The notes beneath the pieces are model-generated. The model was given only the letters and a program-made list of their open reading frames with translations, made no database searches and was not told the DNA's origin. 32,000 nt of DNA, from assembly GCF_900232105.1 (NCBI RefSeq), contig NZ_LT934425.1, forward strand, positions 540,001 through 572,000, written 5' to 3'. This DNA is from Candidatus Kuenenia stuttgartensis. GTDB taxonomy: Bacteria; Planctomycetota; Brocadiia; Brocadiales; Brocadiaceae. The position numbers and the translations under genes were made by a program. Shown here one piece after another: positions 18,149-26,755 of the stretch. Each line of letters starts with the position of its first letter. Positions within the stretch are counted from its first letter, which is position 1.

Positions 18149-20971
18149 TTATTTGTCCAACCTTTCCGTTAATTCGAAATACGGCGTAAAAGAAAAACTA
18201 TCACTGTTTATATCATCATTGCTACCTTCAACAGCCAATATATTTTCACCGGGAAACAGTTCTTCTATAAATCCGCTTACATCTAACAGTTCACCGGGTA
18301 AACCAAACGGGTTTGAGATAATTGGTATGCCATTAAGATACGCAATGAACGGACCATCACACTCAATGAATAGTGTCATTTTTGTAACTGCATCTGGGTC
18401 ATTGACTGTAAAATCCTTGCGTACATAAACAGTTAAATAATTGCCCTGCATATCTTCCAGATTGGTCGTAATCCCCTCCCGTCCATATCCAAAATATGAA
18501 GGTCCACTCTGCCATCCGCTATCATCAAATACACTGTGTTTCCATTCATCCGGAGGTTCTTGTACTCCTTTAAAATAGTGCCATTCATCACCTTCCTTGA
18601 TACATACTTTTTCGGACAACAAGGCCAGCACCTCCCCTTCATCTAATGCATAATTGTAGATACGAACGTCGTCTATACTTCCACTGAAAAAACCCCAATC
18701 GTTATATCTTGCTCCTATGGCCATATAATTCCGTTCCGTTAATGGTACTATCACATTCCCCGATGGATGCGTTTGTGTATTCACCAACTGCCCATCCACA
18801 TATAACTTCTGTTTTCCCGTAGTCTTGTTGTATGTACCAACAACATGATACCAACTCCCATTCGAATCGGTAAAATCCTTTGTTGCATCTTTTACGGTCC
18901 TTGTCCCGCTTGTATTCCTTGTGACCACAACAAACCTGAGTCTATTGGGCGTACCCGAATTAAAATACAAGTCAAATCCTTCCTGACATTGAACATCGTC
19001 ATAATATCGAAAACCACCAAATATAACGTTGGTGCCAGATGCGTTTTTATTGAACCATGCAGATACTGAAATCTCGTCATAATTCATGCAAGGAATTGTT
19101 ACATAATCATCCCCGTCAAAATCCAATGCACCACCGATTTTCCCGGTTGTCCATATAGCGCCATGAACTGTGCCTTTCATGTCATTCCCGGAAGAATCAG
19201 TTGCAATCTCTCCCATCCCTTCATCAAATGCATAGCAAGCGTCAAAACCCCACGGATATTCGTCGATACCAGTAGTAAAACTACAGGTGTAATCAGTAAG
19301 CATCGCATTACCTGCAATATCCCTTACATCTGTGGTTATCGTTGCCGTGTACTTCGTAGCATATGACATAGGATTTGCCGGTTTAAAAATAGCCGTCATA
19401 TCGACAGGGTTGTAGTCTACTTGGCCCTCTATGGGACTGCCAATCCCGTCACTTACAAGAAAGGTAGATGTTGTTATGGTGTCTGCGTCCATTGCCTCGT
19501 TAAATGTAGCCGTTATCTCCTCAATATTTACAGACACCCTGGTCGCACCATTAACCGGATTCGTACCGCTTACCTCCGGTGACGTCTCATCAAACATATC
19601 TTCTGTCGTAAAGTACCATGTGTAATCAGCAAGCATCGCATTGCCCGCAATGTCTCTTACATCCGTAGTTATCGTTGCCGTGTATGTCGTGGCATATGAC
19701 AGAGGAATTGCCGGTTTAAAAATAGCCGTCATATCGACAGAGCTGTAGTCTACTTGACCCTCTATGGCACTGCCAATCCCGTCACTTACAATAAAGGTAG
19801 ATGTTGTTATGCCGTCTGCGTCCATTGCATCGCTAAATGTAGCCGTTATCTTTTCGATATTTACTGATACCCCGGTCTCATTCAGGGCAGGACTCGTTGC
19901 GCTTACCCTCGGGTATGCCGTGTCGGATGGCTGAGTGGCCCTCAGCATCAGCGCATTAGCATAAAACTGGCCGTTTGGAGACGAAACGGTGAACAGCATA
20001 TCACCGTCAGCACCAAGGTTGATGTTGGTGAAACGTGCAACGTACCCATTGACGGTATTATCGCCATTTACTATTGTTACCGCTGGATCTGTTTCTCCTG
20101 AAAAATCAGCGCCTGGTGTGCTTGCGTTTGTAAAGGACACAACATCCGAGATGGTGGTTGTCGTCATCCGGTCGGTATAGGAGGTATTATTGCGGTTACC
20201 GAAAAGAACAAATTCATAGTTCAAATCCGGATCAAGACCGGCAAAGGCAAAGGTAAGATTTGTTCCGCTGTAACTGATAAGCCCCGCACTATCCACAGGG
20301 CCGTTGAAAATCGCATATGCATCGGTTCCGCTGTTTGCATTACCGCCTTGAGCCAGTATATTGCAGTAATCTATGTATCCTCCAGCAATAGTTAGGGTGG
20401 CCGGGGTATTCGTACCGGTAAAGTAATCCTTCAGCAACCCGTTTTGCCCTGTTGTGTAAAGCGTGATCCTGGTATTCGCCTGCCCTGTAGACCATGAAAG
20501 GTCATTGTAAGCAGTAAATACATGAACCCCCTCAACGACCGCTACCGTCACGATTGCCTCATTGGATGAGGCCCCCTCGTTATCCAGCACTGTATAGGTA
20601 AAACTATCTGTCCCCGTAAACCCTGCATCCGGCGTATAGGTCACTGTGCCATCATCATTTAATTCCGCTACACCATTGGCAGGATTACTTGCGATTATCA
20701 CCAAGAGCGGATCAATAGCACCTTCAGAATCAGTATCATTGGCAACAACATCTATCTCAACCGGGGTATTCATATTCGTTACAGCCGCACCATCATTAGC
20801 AATAGGTGGTACGTTGCCAGCAAAAACATTATTCATTGTTTTAGTAAAACCAGGCGCAAATCCACTGCCAATTAGAATGAATAAAACCAAGACAAGTAAA
20901 ATAATATCTAAGGGTTTTTTGAGGAATTGTCTTGACTCCCTATGTTTTCTGCGATAGTTGTTATGCTTCAT
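18149..20971 (-). CDS. Modular exported protein: cadherin-like/VCBS-like repeat, two Ig-like (Big_5-like) domains, LamG-like domain, C-terminal galactose-binding-like beta-sandwich
   Basis: 940 aa. Signal-like N-terminus. NDTDSEGAIDP...VTYTPDAGFTGTDSFTYTVLDNEG. TSPEVSGTNPVNGATRVSVNIEEITATFNEAMD. LamG unit nearly identical to one in the giant protein. C-terminal GDEWHYFKGVQEPPDEWKHSVFDDSGWQSG...ITTNLEDMQGNYLTVYVRKDF. Confidence 0.85.
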   Translation of the reverse strand: MKHNNYRRKHRESRQFLKKPLDIILLVLVLFILIGSGFAPGFTKTMNNVFAGNVPPIANDGAAVTNMNTPVEIDVVANDTDSEGAIDPLLVIIASNPANGVAELNDDGTVTYTPDAGFTGTDSFTYTVLDNEGASSNEAIVTVAVVEGVHVFTAYNDLSWSTGQANTRITLYTTGQNGLLKDYFTGTNTPATLTIAGGYIDYCNILAQGGNANSGTDAYAIFNGPVDSAGLISYSGTNLTFAFAGLDPDLNYEFVLFGNRNNTSYTDRMTTTTISDVVSFTNASTPGADFSGETDPAVTIVNGDNTVNGYVARFTNINLGADGDMLFTVSSPNGQFYANALMLRATQPSDTAYPRVSATSPALNETGVSVNIEKITATFSDAMDADGITTSTFIVSDGIGSAIEGQVDYSSVDMTAIFKPAIPLSYATTYTATITTDVRDIAGNAMLADYTWYFTTEDMFDETSPEVSGTNPVNGATRVSVNIEEITATFNEAMDADTITTSTFLVSDGIGSPIEGQVDYNPVDMTAIFKPANPMSYATKYTATITTDVRDIAGNAMLTDYTCSFTTGIDEYPWGFDACYAFDEGMGEIATDSSGNDMKGTVHGAIWTTGKIGGALDFDGDDYVTIPCMNYDEISVSAWFNKNASGTNVIFGGFRYYDDVQCQEGFDLYFNSGTPNRLRFVVVTRNTSGTRTVKDATKDFTDSNGSWYHVVGTYNKTTGKQKLYVDGQLVNTQTHPSGNVIVPLTERNYMAIGARYNDWGFFSGSIDDVRIYNYALDEGEVLALLSEKVCIKEGDEWHYFKGVQEPPDEWKHSVFDDSGWQSGPSYFGYGREGITTNLEDMQGNYLTVYVRKDFTVNDPDAVTKMTLFIECDGPFIAYLNGIPIISNPFGLPGELLDVSGFIEELFPGENILAVEGSNDDINSDSFSFTPYFELTERLDK

Positions 20972-20972
20972 T

Positions 20973-21623
20973 TTATTTGTCCTGCCTTTCAGTTAATTCG
21001 AAATAGGGAGTAAAAGAGAATTCATCACTGTTTATATCATCATTGCTACATTCAATAGCCAATATATTTTCACCGGAAAACAGTTCGTGTATAAATCCGC
21101 TTACATCTAATAATTCGTCCTTCAAACCTGACTCATTTCGGATAATTTCAATGCCGTCAAGATACACAATGAATGGGCCGTCACAGTCAATGGATATAGT
21201 CATATTTGTAACTGCGTGTACGTCATCAACAATGAAATCCCTGCGTACATAAAAACTTGAATAACTGCCCTTCATATCTTCAAGGTTGGTAATGTTACTA
21301 CCACTTTCACTTCCCTTTCCATTTCCATTTCCTTTACCATATCCAAAACCTGACCTTCCCTTTTGCCAATCGCTATCATCAAACCCGATGTGGTACCATC
21401 CATCCGGAGGTTCTTGTTTCCCTTTAAAATAGCGCCACTCATCCCCCTTATCGATCTTTACTTTTTTTGAAGAAGATGCTGAGGTAGCCTTAGCATATGC
21501 ATTCTGCCCAAATATCCCGCTCATACCTAATATGAAGCAAAAGGATATGGTTGTATAAATTATGCAGTTAATCAAATAAAGCCACCAGCTCTTTCGCACG
21601 TAACATTTCGATTCCCTTTCCAT
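20973..21623 (-). CDS. Exported stand-alone galactose-binding-like beta-sandwich protein, paralogous to the C-terminus of the 940-aa protein
   Basis: KGDEWRYFKGKQEPPDGWYHIGFDDSDWQKG...NITNLEDMKGSYSSFYVRRDF...FELTERQDK. Start set at MERESK preceded by GGAGGAGG; the ORF track start is 21650. Confidence 0.8.
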   Translation of the reverse strand: MERESKCYVRKSWWLYLINCIIYTTISFCFILGMSGIFGQNAYAKATSASSSKKVKIDKGDEWRYFKGKQEPPDGWYHIGFDDSDWQKGRSGFGYGKGNGNGKGSESGSNITNLEDMKGSYSSFYVRRDFIVDDVHAVTNMTISIDCDGPFIVYLDGIEIIRNESGLKDELLDVSGFIHELFSGENILAIECSNDDINSDEFSFTPYFELTERQDK

Positions 21624-22145
21624 TTTATCCTCCTCCGTTTTTTTATTCAATTAGGCTGTCTTTGGCAGCAACTTTTTTAACTCCCCCTCTAAAAAGAGAG
21701 GCATGGGGGATTAAAGGCATTTTTACACATGTCCTTCCCCTTAATCCCCTCTTTCCAGAATGGAAACCATGATTGAAATTCCTGAGCATTTAAATTATAA
21801 ACAGGCAAAATTCCCGGTGCAAAGCATACCGGAACAAGGTTTGTCAGTGCCGCCCGTCCGCCCAGTCTCTATTCATCAAAGCAAGAAGTATTAAAATGCA
21901 TAACCCTGCCATATTCGGTATAGGCGCTCACCCTTGGTGTTTTGAATCCAGGTAAATTCTTATTTTCCATATCGTACCGCCCTTCGATTTTACATTCTTT
22001 AACGACCATACATAGCGACATAAGTTTTCAAGTTTTCAACAGCCTGTCATTTACAGGCCAGACCATGAATCCATTATTTTTATGGATTCCCGTTCCCCGT
22101 TTTCACGATGACAAGTTTCATGGGAATGACATTTATGTTTCTGAT

Positions 22146-22201
22146 ATATGCCGCTATCGTATTACCCTGTAAAAACTTCTTTTTTTTGTAAGTTTCTCTC
22201 T
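22146..22201. repeat. Left part of the dispersed intergenic repeat, interrupted by the 518-aa element
   Basis: tatgccgctatcgtattaccctgtaaaaacttcttttttttgtaagtttctct matches 8365ff. Confidence 0.6.
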
Positions 22202-23904
22202 GTACTACTATCCATCAATTTCTTGTTTTTTATGCGTGTTTTTCATGCCGCCATTTCCGTAAGTGCTTTAATATCAAGGGCTGAAGCGGTCATCAGTGAA
22301 CAAGAGAACTTCTGGCCTTTCTCCGTCAAAACATAGCGGTTGGCCCTCGGAACTTTGCGGATTAGACCGTGTGCCCGCAGCATCTTTATCCGCCGGGTCG
22401 TTCGTCCGGAATATTTCTTTTGCTGATCCTTGCCGGATTGTTCGGATTCCCGGTAAAGCCACTTACGCAAATCATGGTTGCGGAATCCATTTATCGCGTT
22501 TTCGCCTTTGGACAGGAACATCAGCATCTGGTAATCATCCTGCTGCCAGGGATTCAAACCTCGATACCTCTTGCCCTCTTTGACAACCTTGTTACAAGCG
22601 CTGCTCACCACTTCTTTCAGTTTCTCCTCTACCTGAGCCGCCGCCAAAGCATCCCCATAACGATCATTGCATTGTTGGCTCACCTCACACCGTCGATGAA
22701 GATCGCTTACGCCCTTACGCATCTTCTGCCATGACGCCGGTTTGCCTTCATCATCATTGGGACTCCGAAAGACCTTAAAGTCCCGCGTATTATTGATCGT
22801 TGTCTCAATACGCAAGAGACTACCGCTCTTGTTATACATCTTCACTGAATTATAATTCACACTGTGCTTGACCCGTATACCTTCATAGCGTCTTCGATAG
22901 TCGCTGATAACCTCATCAGGGGCAGCGCCTGCAAGGTTACGCCTACCCAAATACTTCATCACCGAAGAACTGTCGCAAACCCGCATCGCATGATGAACAA
23001 ACGATGGAAACAACTCCTCCAATGCCTCAACCGATTTAAACATGATGTCCGTCGCCCACTCCGTCTCATCCGCAGACCAGTAATACTCCGGTTCCAACGG
23101 ACGAAGAATCTGCGACAATGCCGGGCAACTGCCCAACGCAAGCCCGTTCAGCAGCTTCGCCCAGTCAGTCTTAAGCTGCTCATGGAGCAGAACCTGCGCA
23201 GCCGCAATATCCTCTATACGCACAAAACAGTTGCCGTCCTTAACATAATCAATACCTTGCTTCTGAAGTTGCCGCTCCAGCCAATGACGACCATTGAGAC
23301 AAATGAAAATATTAAACGGCGCCCAACTCTGGATACGAACATGACCAAAACCAAACACTGGATCGTTAAAATAATGATACACAAAGACACACTTGCGGGG
23401 CGCCATTACCAACTCGAGCTTCTTGCTGGCCTTGTTGCCCTTGACCATCGGCGCAATACAAGGCTCTACCACACTCAACAGGCAGATGGAACCTTCCGTA
23501 ATCCTCTTATCCGCCGCGATCTGGCGAGCCAACTTCTCCTTATCAACACCGCTGCTCATCAAATACCGCACCTCGATACCCAAATCTTTCGCCCGCGATT
23601 CACAACTGTCTCGCACCTGTGCCGTAAGCCCATTGACCCAACCGGAAAAATCCTTAAGCAGAATTCTCGCTTGGTTCATGAATGTTCCCATCCCACGCTC
23701 ACTGGCCAACCACCGCAATGTCCCGCGAAAACGAATCCTGTCCAGACCGCTTATTGCACCCACGATCCTGTCTCGATATAATTCCATCAACTTATTCATA
23801 AGTAGTGTCCTCCAAATTGTCTGATTACTATTTACGAGGATACTACTATACTTTATAATAAACTAAAAATCACCTTTTTGGTTGCGGCCAAAGGCCGCGC
23901 TAGG
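22202..23904 (-). mobile_element. Repeated single-ORF unit, copy 2
   Basis: Near-identical to 6..1708. Confidence 0.75.
22243..23799 (-). CDS. 518-aa protein of unassigned family, copy 2
   Basis: Translation identical to the ORF at 47..1603. Confidence 0.8.
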   Translation of the reverse strand: MNKLMELYRDRIVGAISGLDRIRFRGTLRWLASERGMGTFMNQARILLKDFSGWVNGLTAQVRDSCESRAKDLGIEVRYLMSSGVDKEKLARQIAADKRITEGSICLLSVVEPCIAPMVKGNKASKKLELVMAPRKCVFVYHYFNDPVFGFGHVRIQSWAPFNIFICLNGRHWLERQLQKQGIDYVKDGNCFVRIEDIAAAQVLLHEQLKTDWAKLLNGLALGSCPALSQILRPLEPEYYWSADETEWATDIMFKSVEALEELFPSFVHHAMRVCDSSSVMKYLGRRNLAGAAPDEVISDYRRRYEGIRVKHSVNYNSVKMYNKSGSLLRIETTINNTRDFKVFRSPNDDEGKPASWQKMRKGVSDLHRRCEVSQQCNDRYGDALAAAQVEEKLKEVVSSACNKVVKEGKRYRGLNPWQQDDYQMLMFLSKGENAINGFRNHDLRKWLYRESEQSGKDQQKKYSGRTTRRIKMLRAHGLIRKVPRANRYVLTEKGQKFSCSLMTASALDIKALTEMAA

Positions 23905-23963
23905 CCTTTCGTGTTTCGTGGTTAAACTTTTTTGGTTGTGACTTTGCTGCGCTATCTGTATTT
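23905..23963. repeat. Right part of the dispersed intergenic repeat
   Basis: gtggttaaacttttttggttgtgactttgctgcgctatctgtattt matches the 8450..8490 segment. Confidence 0.6.
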
Positions 23964-24096
23964 CAGGCACTTTAAGGAGTATTATACATCTTTGTTCAAA
24001 TGCTGTAAATACGCCAAAACGGATATACTCTCAGGAGTACACCCGAAAAGGTGCATGCCACGTTGCAAATAAAAAAGCCTTACTACGAAAATATCT

Positions 24097-24288
24097 TTAA
24101 ATATCTCCGGCAGGACTCGTTGCCATTTCACGTCGGCCAATTCTTATCGTGCTTTCTGCAATAACGGTTGCTTTTGAAACGGCAGCCACGCCTCCATATC
24201 CTAATGATTGCGCTTCGGCGGCTGCCCACATTCGACGCCCTCTCTCGCCAAGCTCGACTTTCAGAGTGTCATATTTAACTCGAATTAC
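24097..24288 (-). pseudogene. ISAzo13-family transposase remnant (N-terminal segment only)
   Basis: IRVKYDTLKVELGERGRRMWAAAEAQSLGYGGVAAVSKATVIAESTIRIGRREM resembles the ISAzo13-family N-terminus. The frame stops immediately after and no DDE part is present. Confidence 0.7.
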
Positions 24289-24398
24289 ATTTATTGTCTC
24301 TTTAGAAATCATCCATGGAATGGAATATAATATAAATGAAAACCAAAAACCTGTATAAACCGATGAGTTATTCATTTACTATACCTAAGTATTTGCAC

Positions 24399-24728
24399 TC
24401 ATAATTTGTGCAATGCGGCCTGAATCAAGAAAAACGATTGCTCAACTCTTTTGTCCCAGGTATTTTGCATAGCTATGGATCGTTGCAGTGCACCGCTTGC
24501 GGGAGTAAAGGATACCAGCGCTTCTTCCAATTTTTGAACAAAGTCATCTCCATCTTTAGCTATATAAACTACATGACCGTGTTCACGTATGACTGGAATA
24601 TCAGTGGCTACAACTGGTTTCCCGCAGGCGAAATATTCATAGAGCTTGAGTGAATCAATGGCCTTTGTATAGTCATCCCGACGGTGCGGTATTATGTGCA
24701 GGTGTTTCCGGATCATGATACGGGCCAT
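24399..24728 (-). pseudogene. C-terminal fragment of a glycosyltransferase family 1/4-type protein
   Basis: RRDDYTKAIDSLKLYEYFACGKPVVATDIPVIREHG matches the GT-B C-terminal donor-binding region. Only 109 aa remain and the N-terminal domain is absent. Confidence 0.7.
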
Positions 24729-24814
24729 TGCATCCCTGGGGAGACTAGCCGTCTTTCGCCTGCAATTGTAGTGCGGCCCTGCCTGACTGCACGATTATGT
24801 CGCTCAAAAGCATA

Positions 24815-26704
24815 TTACCACCTATTTGATTGATTAGAATATGTTTCTTTAACGCTGCTTTCGTAATAGAACAGCGTTGCAATTCTGTAAACGGTGCTTA
24901 TGTATGTCCCATATTGAGAAAGTTCTGCCGGGTCAGAGGCCGGCGACGTAATTTTCTCAAACAACCGGCGTTCCGCAAAATTCCAAATAAATGAATCCTT
25001 TTTATCCAGACAAAACTCCCGCATTTGTTCACGCCTTGCCTCGAACCATTTTGTCAAGTCAAACATGTCGGTTTGGAGATGTAATCTTTTGGACGTTTTT
25101 ACCGATTTGGAATAATAACCGAGAATATTCAAAATTCGTTGCCGGACGCTTTTCAATTTCTTGTAACTATAAAAGTTTATCAAGTGCGTTACAGGGCTTT
25201 GAGAACGCCAATGTCCTTTATCCCTCGGCATTCTGTGCAAATCCGGCGATAGTAACCGAATCAGATTATAGTGAAATGGCTCTGTATAGCGTTGTGCTGC
25301 CGACATGGAAAATGCGGCCTCAATAAAGGCGCGGGTAATAAAAGGCGAAAAGAAATCCTGCAATTGCATACACATACGTTTATTACTACCACGTTTTCTG
25401 TGAATCGCTGAGTAAAGGAAAAAAACATCGGGGATGTCGTTCAGTGCAAATCCGTAGTCAGAATACAGTTTTACAAAGTTGTTCATACAATTTCGCGACT
25501 GTTCTATTGCCTCACGACGGATTATTCCACCGCTGTCGTTAACAATCTTCCTGGTAAGGGAATGCTGCATCTGTGCAATATCATACCTGTTCAAAAATAA
25601 ATCCAGGTCAGGTGTGCTGTAAAAACCCCTTGCCAATTCGCCGCCGCTGCCTCCCAGATCTATAATCTGTTGCTCATTGGACAAGACCTGACATGCCAGC
25701 AGCGCTGAGACGTAATCGATGATGACCATGCCGTCTGACTGCAATACAATCTGCCGGCATCCTTGATCCCAGTTGTTTAGAATGTCAGACAACGGTATGT
25801 CTATCAATTTGTAATTAAGGTTAAAAGTATCCGCAATCTGTTTTGCGATTTTCGCGTCGGCACCGGATTTTTCACCGAAGGTGTAATATTGTACCGGCAG
25901 TCCCGCATGGATAAGTAAAGCTGTCACAAAGCGAGTATCAAGCCCGCCAGTCAGGGCACATTTCACGTTATCAAAACTCTGATTCAGGACGCTCAGGATT
26001 TGGGTCAGGTTATCGGCCAGGAGTTTATAATGTGCATCTGTAAATTTTTTATGGCGGAGGCAAGCCAAATCCGAAGGTTTAAAATAACATGTCCGGTCAG
26101 GCTCATCGCGGCCCTCTTTCCATGTCCAAAGTTGTCCTGCTGATACTACTCTGATATCTGACAATAATGTACGGTCGTCCCAAACCCAGCCCGTACTGAG
26201 GAACAAACTTACTCCAAGCGGGTCTAGTGCGCGGAGCTTACAGATACGTCCGATAAGACGCACACTGTTGCTGATTATCCATAAATCACCCTGATGAAAA
26301 TAATAGACCTGTTCCATACCGGCAATGTCGGTCATTAATTCGAGTCGCGCCGGTGTATCTGCAGCGCGTATAATGCAATACATTCCTTCGAGGTTTTCAG
26401 TGAGGCTGTCCCAGTGTGAAGATAAGGCTTCGGCATGGTGCGCGGAATAAGTGCCGCTTGCATTAACAGGCAAACCGCTGTAGAAAACGACGTCAGAGTC
26501 ACTTTGTGCGACATAACGCCTGGGAGCGGCAGTAAGGTCTGCCGTATGCATTGAAGCAGTGAGCATAGAGCCTGAAATGCTTCTACGATGCCATAGTGTA
26601 GTGGAATCCAATCGCGGATAGATTTCATTCATCTTTTTTAATTCCGCCAATACTTCATGATCACGCCCTTCCGGTAAATTCCAGCCAATAACAAATAAAT
26701 TCAT
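24815..26704 (-). CDS. Asparagine-synthase-like ATP-pyrophosphatase protein without an obvious glutaminase Cys
   Basis: CALTGGLDTRFVTALLIHAGLPVQYYTFGEKSGADAKIAKQIADTF and DLGGSGGELARGFY. Start set at MNLFVIGW with upstream GAGG; the ORF track start is 26722. Confidence 0.75.
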   Translation of the reverse strand: MNLFVIGWNLPEGRDHEVLAELKKMNEIYPRLDSTTLWHRRSISGSMLTASMHTADLTAAPRRYVAQSDSDVVFYSGLPVNASGTYSAHHAEALSSHWDSLTENLEGMYCIIRAADTPARLELMTDIAGMEQVYYFHQGDLWIISNSVRLIGRICKLRALDPLGVSLFLSTGWVWDDRTLLSDIRVVSAGQLWTWKEGRDEPDRTCYFKPSDLACLRHKKFTDAHYKLLADNLTQILSVLNQSFDNVKCALTGGLDTRFVTALLIHAGLPVQYYTFGEKSGADAKIAKQIADTFNLNYKLIDIPLSDILNNWDQGCRQIVLQSDGMVIIDYVSALLACQVLSNEQQIIDLGGSGGELARGFYSTPDLDLFLNRYDIAQMQHSLTRKIVNDSGGIIRREAIEQSRNCMNNFVKLYSDYGFALNDIPDVFFLYSAIHRKRGSNKRMCMQLQDFFSPFITRAFIEAAFSMSAAQRYTEPFHYNLIRLLSPDLHRMPRDKGHWRSQSPVTHLINFYSYKKLKSVRQRILNILGYYSKSVKTSKRLHLQTDMFDLTKWFEARREQMREFCLDKKDSFIWNFAERRLFEKITSPASDPAELSQYGTYISTVYRIATLFYYESSVKETYSNQSNRW

Positions 26705-26755
26705 GATTTTCCTCTTGCACAAAGAAAGATAGACATTCTCCTGGAAATAGAATGA

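Noticed and set aside
22864-23781. 305-aa + strand ORF (and its twin at 668..1585)
   Set aside because: Antisense shadow of the 518-aa gene; no start-site support and less plausible composition.
6-23904. Clear target-site duplication around the 518-aa unit
   Set aside because: Flanks of copy 1 (tatcc / aattta) and copy 2 (tctct / cctttc) do not match as direct repeats.
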